64,000 bases of DNA from the human T2T-CHM13v2.0 reference genome, Homo sapiens. This document shows, one piece after another, positions 1 to 18,030 of this stretch. Every line of letters begins with the position of its first letter. Position 1 is the first letter of the stretch. A model generated the notes under the pieces. It saw only the letters and a list, made by a program, of their open reading frames with translations, did no database searches and was not told where the DNA came from. The translations under genes were made by a program, and so were the position numbers. The DNA lies in NCBI RefSeq assembly GCF_009914755.1, contig NC_060933.1. The stretch is one strand, 5' to 3'.

Positions 1-399
1 TCTAATGACTGGGACAGCTGTTTTGCTTGATACCTCAGGCCACACAGGGCTTGAGCAAGCAGCCTAACCTCCCTAAACTACAGCCTCTGCTCGGGACACC
101 CACTCTCATCCACCTCGCAGAAGACTGGTCTTTGTCCTGGATGAGTTCTCCAACTGGGGCTTCAGGCCAGAGGCTGCTCCCAGCTCTGGCTTGGCTGTTC
201 TCCAGCCTCTGCAAAGCAGGGCTTGTAAAAAAAAGAGGGAAGGCAGGATGATGTGTCAGCCCCCAGGCTACAAGATAGATGGTAAACATGTGGGCAAGGA
301 ACATGTCACTGTGGCTTCAAACTCTTCCTCAGCCTCTCTCCTTTGCTCTCTGCTGGAGTCTGCATGGAGGGTAAGAGTGTGCTTAGTTCCAACTCTGGT

Positions 400-570
400 T
401 GTTCCACTCCCTGCCTATGTGATGTGGACAAGTCACCTGACCCCTCTCGGCCTGTTTCTTCATCTGTCAGATGGGCGTCATGGCACTACCTCCCTCATGG
501 AGTTGTGAGGATGAAAGGCAAGAATTATGTAAAGCACCTGAACCTGGGGACGGGACAGAGTGAGTGCTCC
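400..570. mobile_element. MIR SINE; similar copies lie near 11430-11540, 19000-19170, 35530-35760, 38760-38950, 44880-45080 and 46800-46920
   Basis: TGTGATGTGGACAAGTCACCTGACCCCTCT..CCTGTTTCTTCATCTGT MIR core. Confidence 0.6.
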
Positions 571-3185
571 GGCAATGGTCGCTGTTGTTACTGGTGCGAG
601 TGAGGGTGGGGCAGGGGGCGTGGTGAAGGTGGGGAGCTGTGCTAGGCGGGTGGGAGGCCCTGGGGGGGGTTCATAAAGGGACATTTGAGATCTTCAATCA
701 TTTTTCTCCTTATATTCTATTTCCTACCTCGCCCTCTTGGCAACCCCCACCCACACCACCTGCTGTTGCTACCAGTACCCACTTACCCGTGCCAATAATG
801 TGATTCATACTCTTCAGAGGTCCCTTTGTTTCCCTTTAAGTCTTCCCATCAGAGCACAGAATGCTTCGCGGACCCAGAGCCAGCCCCCATTGACCATCCT
901 GTAGGGGCCCCAGAAGCCCAGCCTGGCGCCATCAGTAAAGGATTATGGAGAGGAGCACTGGATAGAACAGCCCCCAGGGGACAGGTGCAGCATAAGCTTG
1001 CTTTACCCAGCCCAGGGCCGAAATCTGCACGGCCCACGGACGCCCACTACCCCCTTACACCATCCCGGCTCCTGCCCCAGAGTAACTTGGCTTCTGCAAA
1101 CCAGAGAGACTTGTCCCTGATGCCCCCCGGGGACCAGGGGTGGAAGTGCATCAGCTGGAGCAAGACACACTAGGCTACCTCACGGTGGGCGTGTGCGGGA
1201 TCCCAGGGCTAAGCCAGCAACCCTGTAGTGGCCATTGGGGTTGGCACCTACTGAGCCTGGGGCTGCACGCAGAATCGCACCAGCTGAGGTGTGACGCTCT
1301 CTGCCGCTGCCTTGTGGCCTGGGCAGGATGACACTGCCTCTGGTCCCCAACAGAGTGAAAGTGATTGATTATGACTCCAAAGCTCATTCAGCCTGCTGGA
1401 CAAGGCAGGATCAGCCGAAGGGGTTGAAACCTGCTTCTGCTTGGTTTCTTTTGTTTGTTTGATTGTTTTTGAGACAGAGTATCACTCTGTCGCCCAGGCT
1501 GGAGTGTAGTGGCGTGATCTCGGCTCACTGCAATGTCCGCTTCCATGGTTCAAGCGATTCTCCTACCTCAGCCAACTGAGTAGCTGGGATTACAGGCGTG
1601 CACCACAACGCCCAGCTAATTTTTTGTATTTTTAGTAGAGACGGGTTTCACCATGTTGGCCAGGCTCGTCTCAAACTCCTGACCTCAGGTGATCCGCCTG
1701 TCTCGGCCTCCCAAAGTGCTGGGATTCCAGACATGAGCCACCGCGCCTGCTTGGTTTCTGGCTCCTTCTGCTCCTCTTTCCTCTGTCCCTTCCAGACCAC
1801 ACTCCCAGAGGGAGCACAGATCACGGCCCTCAGACTCCATCTCCCAACACGCTGCTGTGACAAGCACTAATGGCCTCCAGAAGGGGAACCCAACTCGCCC
1901 TCAAGGACACTGGGGGTGGTGGCATGGGAGCTGCAACCTCACATGGGACCCTGTGTTAGGGGGGACACCCGGTAGGGTCTGGCCTGGCTTCCTCTGCTGT
2001 AACTAAGTCACCGCTTCAGTCCTGCTGTCCTGACCACCCACAAGATGATCGGTCTCAGTCCCTGGGTCATTAGGATTGTCGATGTGTCAGAAGTCCCACT
2101 GTTGGAACACCTGCTATGCACGGTCTCTCACTGGGAGACCGAGGCACACCTTGCTTGACACCAGATGAAATGACCCAGACCCTCCTTGGTCTTTGGGGAG
2201 CAAATCTAGGAGAAAAGGACTTAGGGCAGGTCAGTCACTGAGCAGTGAGACAGGAAAGGCTCTGCAGGCTTGCACAGAAGGGATCGTTATGCGCATAGGG
2301 CTTCCCAGAGAAGGCTTCGAGCCCAGCCTTGATGACAGAAGAGCAGGCCAGGAGACAAGAGAGGCACCCAAAGGAAGGGAACAGCACATATGAGGTGTGA
2401 CACAGCAGATGCCGTGTATAGTTTCTGCAAAACTTGAGGCTCCTCCTCCCAGCCTCCTTGGTGACTTCCTCTGCGTTGGCCGGACTGGGGCACTGCTGAG
2501 ATGGTGCCACAAATAGCTGACCAGGAGATAACAGGATGATGGCAGCCACTGGTGGACTCTGGTCATCAGGAAATTGAGGCCCAATTGTTGCCTTAGCAAC
2601 TATGGCTGGGGCAGGGAAAGGCTGGGGTTGAAATTACAAATTCGTCTGACATGCTGAAAAGAAGGGCCAGCAACACAAGGGTAGGGTCCTCCTTATCTCT
2701 GAGGCCCCACCCCTCAGAGCTGAGGCAAGGACGGAGCCTTTTTCTTAGCTACAGACATCACACACTAGGCCGGGGACAGTGGCTGTGCCTTCCTGATCAC
2801 TCAGGAAAAAAGGAATGCCAAGCTTGGGTCTAGGGGTGGTGGCATGGGAGGAGTGTTGAAACAGGCACTTGGAGAACCCGTGCCTGCCCTGGGGGAACAT
2901 CATTCATTCACTCTTTCAGCATCTGACTACCTACTGTGTGTCAGGCAGTTGTAGACACTGGTGATATGGTGGTGGCAAAGAATACAGCACCTGCTCTAAT
3001 GGGAATTAGCTTCTGAAGAGAGGCAGACAATAAGAAGTAAAGAAACAAACAAAAGAATTAAACAGGTCACACCTGTCAGCCCAGTGCTTTGGGAGTATTT
3101 TTTTTTTTAATTAGCCAGGTCTGGCCTGGCGTGGTGGCTCACGCCTATAATCCCAGCACTTTGGGAGGCCGAGGTGGGCAGATCA

Positions 3186-3607
<422 letters not shown>

Positions 3608-3650
3608 TCAAGACCAGCCTGACCAACATGGAGAAACTCTGTCTCTACTA

Positions 3651-3842
<192 letters not shown>

Positions 3843-4535
3843 TTAGCCAGGTGTGGTGGTGCAGACCTGGAATCCCAGCTACTCAGAAGGCTGAGGTGGG
3901 AGGACTGCTTAAGCTCAGAAGTCCAAGGTTGCAGTGAGCTATATGAGTGGTGTGCCACTGCACTCCAGCCTGGGTGACAGAGCAAGACACTGTGTCTAAA
4001 TTAAGAAAAAAAAAAAAGTAAACCCAATCTATGTGAACTTATTCAACAGTGGAAAATGCTAAAAGGAAATAAAAAGTCACCATGGGAGCAGCAAGGGCTG
4101 TTACTGTACAGGGTACTAAGTGAGGGCCCCTCCTGAGACGTACGCTCACACATCATGCATGAGAAGCGGCCAGCTGTGTTGAGTGCTGCTGGTCATGGCC
4201 CCGCAAGTGCAAAGGTTGTGTGGCAGGACGGAGGCTGGTGTGACCTCTGAAGCCATTAAGAGCCAGTGTGGCTCTGAGCAAAAGGAGAGGCAGGGAGCCG
4301 CAGCATGTGCTTGTGGAAGTAAGTAGCTGTCTTGTGGCCTTTCCTATGGCTCGTTTATTTTCTTTCTTTTTTTTTTTGTTTTTTTGTTTTTTTGAGACGG
4401 AGTCTCACTTTGTCTCCCAGTGAGCTCTCAGCTCACTGCAACCTCCACCTCCCGGGTTCAAGTGATTGTCCCACCTCAGCCTCCTGAGTAGCTGGGATTA
4501 CAGGTGTGTGCCACCATGCCCAGCTATTTTTTTAA

Positions 4536-4878
<343 letters not shown>

Positions 4879-5915
4879 CATTATTAAGGGGACAGGACAC
4901 TGATTGCTTATGACAGCTGAGAGGCAAGACAAAGGAGAATCTCTTTTTTTTTTTTTTGAGATGGAGTCTTGCTTTGTCGCCCAGGCTGGAATACAGTGGT
5001 GCGATCTCGGCTCACTGCGACCTTTGCCTCCGGGTTCAAGTGATTCTCCTGCTCCAGCTCCCTGAGTAGCTGGGATTACAGGTGCGTGCCACCCCGCCCA
5101 GCTAATTTTTGTATTTTTAGTGGAGGCGGGGCTTCACCATGTTGGTCAGGCTGGTCTTGAACTCCTGACCTCGTGATCTGTCCACCTCGGCCTCCCAAAG
5201 TGCTGTGATTACAGGCGTGAGCCACTGCGACCAGGATGATCTTTCTAAGCAGTGTGTCTGTGCTTCAGGACACACAAGGGCCAAGTTAGGGCAGCCAGGG
5301 TCATGACCCTTTTGGCTGCTGTTGGAAGGGGAGGGGTGACACTTGCTCCTGGGTGCTCCCTTATCTCCACATACGCTATATCAGCGGGGTGGGGACAGCC
5401 TGAGGCTGGCCAGAGCTTTCTTGGGGGCCCTTCTCCCATCTTCCTTCTGCCACCTCAGGCCTCCTCAACACAGGAGGCCAGACAGAGGGGCAAGTTTGCC
5501 TCATTCTGGCCTCCTGGTCCCAGGGATATGAAACACTTCCTCTTCCCTAAGTGTCCTATCCATCCCAGTCTAGTTATGCTTCCTCTCCTCAAGGTAGCAA
5601 GATTTCTCTGACAAGAAACTTCTCTCTAGCCACTTGAGCCCAACGCCTCTTCTCAGGAGATGGGATTCAGGACTCTCAAGTGTGGGAGGAGTACATTAGC
5701 AACACTGGGAACATTTCCTGATCACGGATTCAATTCTGAAACGACCACGGCAGTGAGTCTAGAGTGAGGCCAGGTATCCCCCAGTGATCCAAAAAGCACT
5801 CTGGATGCAGCTTTCCTGAGAGCTGACAGGTCTGGGATACCTCTGCCAGCCTGACAGCCAGCTGGATCCTAGATTCCCGCTATCCATTCACTTCCATCTG
5901 GTTTTCTAATCCTGC

Positions 5916-6340
5916 TGTGGTCAGCAGAATACCACCCCCCAAAGATATACATGTCCTAATCCCCGGAACCTCTGAATATGTTAGGTTACATGACAAAAGG
6001 GAATAAAATTGCAAATGGAATTAAGGTTGCTAATCAGCTGGCCTTAAAGATTCTCCTCAATTAGCTGGGTGAGCCCAGTGTTAACCATGAGGGTCCTTAA
6101 AAGTGGAAGAGGGCTGCGGAGGAGAGAGAACCATACAGAGGGCAGCAATGGACGGACTCTGGCTGAGGTTGCTACTTTGAAGTTGGAAGAAGGGGCTGCG
6201 AGTCAAGGATGCAGGCAGCCTCTGGAAGTTGGAAAAGGCAAGAAAAGATTCTCCCCTGGAACCTCCAGAAGGAATGCAGCACTGTCGACACCTTGATTTT
6301 AGCCCAGTGAGACCCACTTCAGACTTCTTACAAAACTGTA
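5916..6340 (+). mobile_element. MLT1 (MLT1D-like) MaLR LTR
   Basis: TGTGGTCAGCAGAAT...CCCCAAAGAT...TCCTAATCCCCGGAACC...CTCCAGAAGGAATGCAGC...CACCTTGATTTTAGCCCAGTGAGACCC. Confidence 0.75.
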
Positions 6341-6949
6341 AGCCCCAAACTACAGCTGCCCAATATAGAGTAGGGCTAGCTCAAAGACATTTGTGAGTGT
6401 GGCTTCTCCGATGGAGCCAATCCCATTAAGATTCATAGGAAGACCCACAAAATTAAGAAACTTACACTGGCAAAAATGCCACCGGCTGTGATTGAAAGGG
6501 AAAGAGACAAGACAAAATGAAAAGGAGCCTTAGAATCCCCATACTCACTTATTTCCTGGGTAACCCAGTCCCCTCCCCTTAACGACAAAATGCCTATAAA
6601 AAGGAGCTGATCATCGAAAAATTGCTTAAGAAGTAATTTCCAAAGGGCTCGAGGGAAAGTCCATTGAAACATCCCCAGCCTGCAGCAGGGAAGCCCTTAA
6701 GGAACACAGGATTCAGGAATCTCCTCCCGCAGAAGTGCTGATCAAACACTGCCCCTGAAATGACTGAAGCAGTTCCCGCCGGCCGATAGGTTTTTATACT
6801 TTGAGGGTCCCAGGCCACCCACTCACGGCTGTCCTGTTCAGACTGAGGGACTTCTGATTTCCTTTAGTCTTCCCAAACTTTTAGTACGGCTCAAGAGGAC
6901 CCTGAGAGTGGCTGGTGATTGCCCTGAGTGGAAGGCCAACGAGGGACAG

Positions 6950-7830
6950 GCGTACCGTGCGCAGAGAGCTGCGGAGAGGAAACCAAGCGCCTAGCGCCAG
7001 CGAAGATCGGCGCCCCTGTAAGCCCAGCATTCCCAGAATCCTTCGCGGCTAAATCTCTTCTTTTCCTCGAGGCTCCATTTCGTTGGATTCTGGTGGACTT
7101 TAAAGACGTGTGCAACAAAAAAGCACGATGGATAATAGATTCCGGGAGCAAGCACAGGCGGAAGCCTCTCTGGGAAGTACAATCCCTGAGCGTGTGTGTA
7201 TCATAAACCGGGCTGCAGGAATGAAAAAGACTTTGGCCAGAAACAGAGCCCCGCGGCGACTTCTGGGAAATGGAGTCCGGTGTGGCCGCCGCGGGGCATG
7301 TGCGCATGACCGGAAGTGGCGCCAATCAGGCGCGTCCCTCTGGCGCTGGAGCCAGGACCTGGCGTTGGGCGGTACTTGGACAGCGGTTCTTGAGCTCTCG
7401 CGGTTGCCGGTAGATTGTTGCCAGTTGCCAGTTGCCAGTCGTTTTTCGGAAAGCTGGCAGCGGCTTTTTCACCGGGTTCTGCTTGAGGCCGAGCCAAAGA
7501 GTGGCTGTGACTCGGGAGACGGAGTGGAACACCCGGCTGGGCAGGCCCGGACAGCTCCCGCGACCCAGCACCGCAGGATCAGACCGTGCCTCTGCGGGGA
7601 GAGGCTGGAGAGGAAGAGTCCGGCCTGGGAGCCGTCAGAGCAGCCCTGCAGAACGGGGTGGGGGCTGCTGTAGATAGACCCTTACGCCCAGAGAACTGCT
7701 GGGAGGCTGTGGCGCGAGGCGGGACTCAAATGCTGGAGGAAGGAGGTGAGGAGTGGTAGAGGGAGCGATTGTCAAGAGATCGGCTGCTGCTTCGTTTGCC
7801 CACGACTGCCGCTGTGTGAGCCGAATCAGA
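6950..7830. promoter_or_regulatory. ZNF79: ZNF79 CpG-island promoter and 5' UTR
   Basis: CpG-rich; ZNF143/SBS-like TTCTGGGAAATGGAGT (7261-7276), NRF1-like TGCGCATG (7301-7308), ETS/GABPA CCGGAAGT (7310-7317), CCAAT (7322-7326), repeated GTTGCC (7403-7436). Confidence 0.8.
7730..7745 (+). CDS. ZNF79: ZNF79 coding exon 1 (MLEEG, phase-1 end)
   Basis: ATG CTG GAG GAA GGA G followed by a GTGAG donor inside a CpG island; joins exon 2 in frame and the five exons sum to 1497 nt (498 aa + stop). Confidence 0.88.
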
Positions 7831-8331
7831 ACTCTCTTTATCTCTCCTACAGGTAGTTGGAGACAATCATTTTTTCTTTCTTTGCCCATGACACAGCCCC
7901 AGGAGATCCTGAGAACATGTGCCCCTACAGTCCTTTTTTGAGTAAAGAATTCGGGGGTCAAAAAAGTTTGAGGACCTCAGACTGCGTGATTTCTGAGTAT
8001 TGTACCACGTACCCCAGTCTGCCCAGATGGACCAATGACAGTGGAGAGTAGGGAGAAGTGGGTTCCTGGGGACTCCTCTGTCACTTTTCTCCTTCTAGCC
8101 CTTCTCGAAGCAGCCAGGAATGCCTGGAAGCCCGGCAAAGTTTGGGGGCAGGCCAGCCCAGTAGGATTGTGAAGTTGTGGAGGACAGGGGAATTTGCAGT
8201 TAGAAGGCACAGGTTCTTGTGAAAGCTGTGAGGTACCAGCCAGGTCTCTTAACCTGTATTTCTCCATGGAAGAAAGGACAAAATAATGTTAACTACTTTG
8301 TTTACCTCTGAGAATTGTAATTCTCAAATGA

Positions 8332-8862
<531 letters not shown>

Positions 8863-9049
8863 TGAAGAGTAGAGAGTGCAATTTCACATCCAGTATTTTG
8901 TGTTATCTTCCCCAGACACCTGGGAAAGCAGAGCAGATGGGTCGTCATCTTCCCCATACTGCAAAACAGGAAAGGAAGTGCTGTCAGGTTAGATAACTCT
9001 CAGTAACAGAAGGTCTGTCCTAAGATCAGGATCCAGATCTATTTATTTA

Positions 9050-10915
<1,866 letters not shown>

Positions 10916-11774
10916 AGTTCTACCCCTTTTTCTTTTTTTTTGAGATAGTGTCTCACTCTGTCAACCAGGCTGCAGTGTAGTGGTGTGATCACAACTTGCT
11001 GCAGCCTCGACCTCCCTGGCTCAAGCGATCCTCCCACCTCAGTCCCCCAAGTAGCTAGGGCTATGGGTATGCGCTACCAAGCCTGGCTAATTTTTGTATT
11101 TTTAATAGAGACGGGGTCTCGCCATGTTGCCCAGGCTGGTCTCGAACTCCTGGGCTCAAGCAGTCTGCCCACATCAGCCTCCCAAATTGCTGGGATTACA
11201 GGCATAAGCCACCGCACCTAGCCAAGAGTTACTTCTTAACTTTAGGTCTCTGATCTATTTTGGGTTAATTTTTATATATGGTGTGAAGTGAGACTCTCTG
11301 CCCAGCCCTCTTCTTTTCATTTAAGCAAATGCCTTAAATTTGCAGAGTCACTTTCTCCAAAGAACTAAGTAATAGATAATCTCTTTAAACTGTATACTTA
11401 TGTGCTGGGCATTTGCCGACTGCTTTATCTGTATGTTCCTTTAATCTTCACAGCAGATTATCCCTTACAAGGGATTATCATCCCCATTTTGCAGATGAGA
11501 AAAATGAGACTTAGAGAGGTTACGTGATTTGCACACTGCTGCTGAGTGGTGGATCATGGATACTTGAGAGTCTGTGAACACTCTAATGCCTCCCTACATC
11601 TGAGTGAGTTGATGGAATTTCTGAGGTAGGAGGGAATGGAGAAATTTACATCACACTACAGGTCTGCAGATTCAGCCCACGTGCCCTGATACCTGCTATG
11701 TCCCCTCTTCACAGTGAGAACTGGTGACTTCATAAACTGCTTTTAACATTATTAGTTTTTTTCTCTTTCTCTAG

Positions 11775-11863
11775 TACTGCCTTCCCCAGGCCCTGCCCTT
11801 CCCCAAGAGGAAAACACAGGAGAGGAAGGAATGGCTGCTGGTCTCCTCATAGCTGGGCCCCGG
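11775..11863 (+). CDS. ZNF79: ZNF79 coding exon 2 (VLPSPGPALPQEENTGEEGMAAGLLIAGPR)
   Basis: Polypyrimidine tract and TAG acceptor, CGG|GTAAGT donor, 89 nt, frame continuous with its neighbours. Confidence 0.92.
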
Positions 11864-12326
11864 GTAAGTTGGAAATTAACTTTGGAAGGCATCCTTTTCT
11901 TCCCCCCTAATACTAATGGTAGGGTTGCCTTGTTTTTTGTTGTCATTGTTTGTTTTCTTTCTTTCTTTATTTTTTGAGACTGAGTCTCACTCTGTCGCCC
12001 AGGCTGGAGTGCAGTGGCATGATCTTGGCTCACTGCAACCTCCACATGCTGGGTTCAAGCAATTCTCTTGCTTCAGCTCCCAGGTAGCTGGGATTACAGG
12101 CACGCATCACCACACCCAGCTAATTTTTTTGTATTTTTAGTAGAGATGGGGTTTCACCATGTTGGCCAGGCTGGTCTCGAGGTCCTGACCTCAACTGATC
12201 TGCCCGACTTGGCCTCCCAAAGTGCTGGTATTACAGGTGTGAGCCACTGTGGTTGGCCTGTTTTATTATTTTTTTTTTTTTGAGACAGGGCTTCAGTCTG
12301 TCACCTAGAATGCAGCGCAGTGGTGA

Positions 12327-12491
<165 letters not shown>

Positions 12492-12715
12492 TGAACTCCT
12501 GGGCTCAAGCTATCCTCCAGCCTTTGCCTCCCAAAGTGCTGGGATTACAGGTGTGGGCCACTCCACCCCATCATTGTTGGTTTTGTTTTGTTTTGTTTTT
12601 TACAAGTTTTCTGCAATGAACAAAGTAATTCATGTTCCCCACAGAAAACCTGGAAAATAGAGAAAACACAAAAAGTTAAAAATCACTCTTAATCCCACAA
12701 AAAGATGGCACCTAA

Positions 12716-13138
<423 letters not shown>

Positions 13139-13189
13139 TGAACATTCTCCCATTTCACTGCATATTCTACCAAATCATTTCTAACACAT

Positions 13190-14900
13190 TTTTTTTTCTT
13201 AAATAATTTCACCTTACTATTTTAGATTCGGGGGTATGTGTGCAGGGTTGTTAAATGGTTGTATTATATGATGCCAGGGTTTGGGGTACAGATGATGTAC
13301 CATCACTCAGGTAGGGAGCATAGTACCCCATAGGCAGTTTTTCAGCTGATGCCCCCTTTCCTCTCTCCTCCCTCTAGTAGTCCCCAGCAGTTTTTGTTCC
13401 CATCTTTGTGTCCATATATACTTGGTGTTTAGCTTCCCCACTTATCAATAAGAACATGCGGTATTTGGTTTTCTGTTCCTGCATTAATTCACTTAAGATA
13501 ATGGACTCCAGATGCATCCATGTCACTGCAAAGGACATGACTTCATTTTTTATGGCTGCATCGTATTCCACATGTATTTCCTGTTCCACGTGTATATTTT
13601 CTTTATCTAGACCACCATTGGCAGGCACCTGGGTTGACTGCATGTCTTGGCTGTTGTGAACAGCACAACGAGGAACAAGCGCATGCATGCGTCTTTTGGT
13701 AGAATGATTTCTTTTCCTTTGAGTATTTACACAGTAATGGGATTGCCGGGTCGAATGGTAGCTCTGTTTTAAGTTTTTTGAGAAATCTCCAAACTGTTTT
13801 TCCGGAGTGACTGAACTAATTTAGTTAACTTTGCCATCAGCAGTGATAACCTTTCCCTTTTCTCTGCAGCCTCGCCAGCATCTGTTATTTTTTACTTTGT
13901 CATATTAGCCATTATTTCTGGTGTGAGAGAATATCTCGTCATGGTTTTGATTTGCATTTCTCTGGTGATTAGTGATGATGAGCATTTTTTTCGTCTCTTT
14001 TTTGGCCACTTGTATGTCTCTTAAGTGTGTCTGCTCATGTCTTTTGCCTGCTTTTTAACGTGGTTATTTGTTTTTTGTTTCTTGCTTTAAGTTCCTTATA
14101 GATTCTGGATATTAGACTTTTGTCAGTTGCAAACTTTTGATTATCTTTTCCTATTCTGTCAGTTGTGTATTGAGTCTGTTGATAGTTTCTTTTTCTTTTC
14201 TTTTTTTTTTTTTTAGAGACAGAGTCTCACTCTGTCACCCAGTCTGGAGTGCAGTGGCACAATCTCAGCTCACTGCAGCCTCCACCCCCCCAATGCTCAA
14301 GCGATTCTCGTGCCTCAGCCTCCTGAGTAGCTGGGATTACCACCAGACCCGGCTAATTTTTGTATTTTTAGTAGAGACGGGGTTTTACCTTTTTGGCTAG
14401 GCTGTTCTTGAACTCCTAACGTCAGGCGATCCTCCTGCCTTGGCCTTCCAAAGTGCTAAGATTACAAGTGTGAGCCACTGTGCCTGACCCTAATAGTTTC
14501 TTTTGCTGTATAGAAGCTTTTTAGTCAGGTCCCACTTGTCAGTTTTTGTTTTTGTTGCAATTGCTTTTGAGGACTTAAGCCAAGGATTCTTTGCCAGAAC
14601 CAAGGTCAAGAAGGGTATTTCCTTGGTTTTCTCCTATGGTTTTTATAGTTTAAGGATTTACATTTAAATCTTTAATCTATCTTGAGTTAATTTTTGTCGA
14701 TGGTGAAAGGTAGGGGCCCAGTTTCACTCTTCTGCATATGGCTAGCCAGCTATCCCAGCATCATTGATTGAGTAGGGAGTCTTTTTCCCATTGCTTGTTT
14801 CTGTGGGCTTTGTTGAAGATCAGGTGGTTAGAGGTGTGCAACTTTATTTCCGGGTTCTCCTTTCTGGGTCTATGTGTCTGTTTTTGTCCCAGTGCTGTGC
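13190..14900 (-). mobile_element. L1 (L1PB/L1MA-type) 3' end and ORF2 remnant, split by an Alu (14190-14490)
   Basis: Minus-strand ORF fragment NEVMSFAVTWMHLESIILSELMQEQKTKY resembles the L1 ORF2 C-terminus; L1 3'UTR motifs present. Confidence 0.85.
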
Positions 14901-15112
14901 TCTCTAACACATTGTTTGTTTCACGTAGTCCTATGAGAGTAGGAACTGTCCTTTTTTCTTGACTAGGTAATTAGCTATTTATTTTCATTTTTAAAATTTG
15001 CTCTTGGATTTCCTTGTCAGTTCTGTTCTTTATTAATACATTTTTTTCTTTATTAATCTTTTGCTTCTGCTTTCCTCAGGTTTATTTTTAAATTTTTTTT
15101 TTTTTTTTTTGA

Positions 15113-15412
<300 letters not shown>

Positions 15413-15888
15413 TGAGTTGAATCCTTAACTCACCTTCTTCCTTGTTTACGTTGAAAGTTTTTGGCTATGTATTTTTTTTTTTTTTAGGTATTCTAAAATT
15501 ATTATTTTGCTTTCTTTATCTGCCCATTTGGCTGGTCTGTGCTTTATGAGGATGGAGTTTGTGTCTCTTGTCAACAAAAAATGCCAGCACAGTCTGATTG
15601 CAGGGTATAGGGTTTGATAGCTCTGTCAGCTCAGCCTTATTAAATTGCTCCATCTTCCATATCTTTATTCTTTTTGTTGTTTATTCACTTTGGGCTGACT
15701 GTCAATGACTGGGTTATTTTAACATCTCTCAAAACCCTAATATTCTAAATTTCTCTTTGCATTTCCTGCAGCTTTTTCTTTACGTATTATATATTTTTGT
15801 TATTTGGTTCATGACATTTATATCTTTATAATGGATATTACTTTCCTGATTATTTTGAAGTTACACAAAGATTTTAAATATTTTTTAG

Positions 15889-16191
<303 letters not shown>

Positions 16192-17589
16192 TGAATGAAT
16201 TCTCATGATATTAGGAGGAAGAATCAATGGGGATTGATGCTGCGGGAAAGGAGAGGATAACACCCAGGTTGCTGGCTTGGCCAGCTAGGTGAACAGAGGC
16301 CCCATTCCCTGAGCTGGGAACAGACAAGGAACAGCAGGTGAAGATGGGTTTCTCTGTTGCATTTTGTTGAGTTTGAGGTTCCTGTGGGGCCTGACCAGGA
16401 AATGATTTCTGCCTTAGGTTAATACCGTGTGTTATCTCCTGATTCATTTCTTCCCTTTCCATCTGGCTACCCTTGTCCTCCCGCCCTGTACCTAGCAGAG
16501 GATGCATTACACAGAGTAGGTGCCGCTTTGTTACATGAACAGCTTTAGCTGACCTGTGTGCCTTACAGCTCCTGCCCAGAGTCTCCTAACTCCAGATCCG
16601 TGTTTTCACCTGTGATAGAACATCTACACCTGGATTTCCTATGGCCACCTTAAACTCTGTGGGCCCCAAAACAAACTAGTTACCTTGCTAACAGACCCTT
16701 TCTTCCCATGTTTCTTCTCTTTGTGATGACACTGTCATCTGTCTGCTCTTCCAAGCAGGAAACATCTTTGATTCATTCTCAGCTCTTCTCTCACAAAGTT
16801 CATTTCTGGCCTTGCATCTAGTCCCTCTCCTCAAGCAGGATCCTCTCTCAACTTGACACTGACACTGTTGGAGTCCTTAAAACCACCTCTCCATTCCTCC
16901 ATCTCAAGACACAGTTGCCTTCCAGCGGCTCCCTGTTGCCTGAGGGATAAAAGCATCACATTTATCAAGTGATTCAAGGCTTTTTACATTCTGACCTCAA
17001 CAACCTTTCTACCACTCTTCATCCCCCCACCCAAACTGCCTGCCATTTCCTAAACACACGAGGACTGTGTCACCTCCATGCTTCTGCTCATGGTGCCTCT
17101 CCTGCCTTGGATAGCCTTCTCTTGCTCCATCCGCGAACCTTCTCCTTCAAGGCCAGCTCAGTAATTGCCTTCTCTCTGTGGTCCTCCCTCCCCGCCTTTC
17201 TGTTCTCCTGGCAACTAGTCTGTGTTTCTTTGACTTGTGCTACATTTGATTGTGCTCATACCTGGCTCTCCTGCTGTACTGGGTGATATCTGCATTCACA
17301 GAAATATTTGTTAAATGTTCTGAAAATTCATCTTTCACATTTCTTTGATAATTTGTACCTGATTCTTCACTGTATCAACTCACATTCTAATTTCGCTCTT
17401 TCTATATTACCTCTTCAAGTCCCAAGCACCCATTAATTTTTGCCCAGTTACTTCACACGCATACACACACTCTATTTATACATAAAGTCTATTTATACAT
17501 AAATGTGTGAAGACAAGAGACAGTGGTGTGTGTGTGTGTATGTGTGAAATTATCATAGTGTTAGGCACTGCAATGCTGGTGATCAATAA

Positions 17590-17808
<219 letters not shown>

Positions 17809-18030
17809 TGAACTCCTGGCCTCAAGTGATCCGCCTGCCTCACCTCCTGGCCTCCCAAGGCGCTGGGAGTACAGGCGTGAGCCACCACACCTGGCCATTT
17901 TCTTCAACTACCCAGAGACCTGAATCTTTTCAAAGACTTTTCCAGCTCCCCCAAAACTGCCAACGTTAACCACCCCTATCACCCTAGATCCTAAGGCCAC
18001 TGGCAAGATGAAATGTGCTTGTTTTTTCAG

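Noticed and set aside
1-3000. Exons of the neighbouring gene SLC2A8
   Set aside because: No transporter-like coding sequence is visible; the gene is presumably upstream of the window
6891-7673. 144-aa and 187-aa ORFs at the ZNF79 promoter
   Set aside because: CpG-island artefacts spanning the promoter motifs, with no domain similarity I can recognise
13374-13688. L1 ORF2-like ORF as an active retroelement
   Set aside because: It is a short, diverged, Alu-interrupted 3' fragment with no 5'UTR, ORF1 or RT
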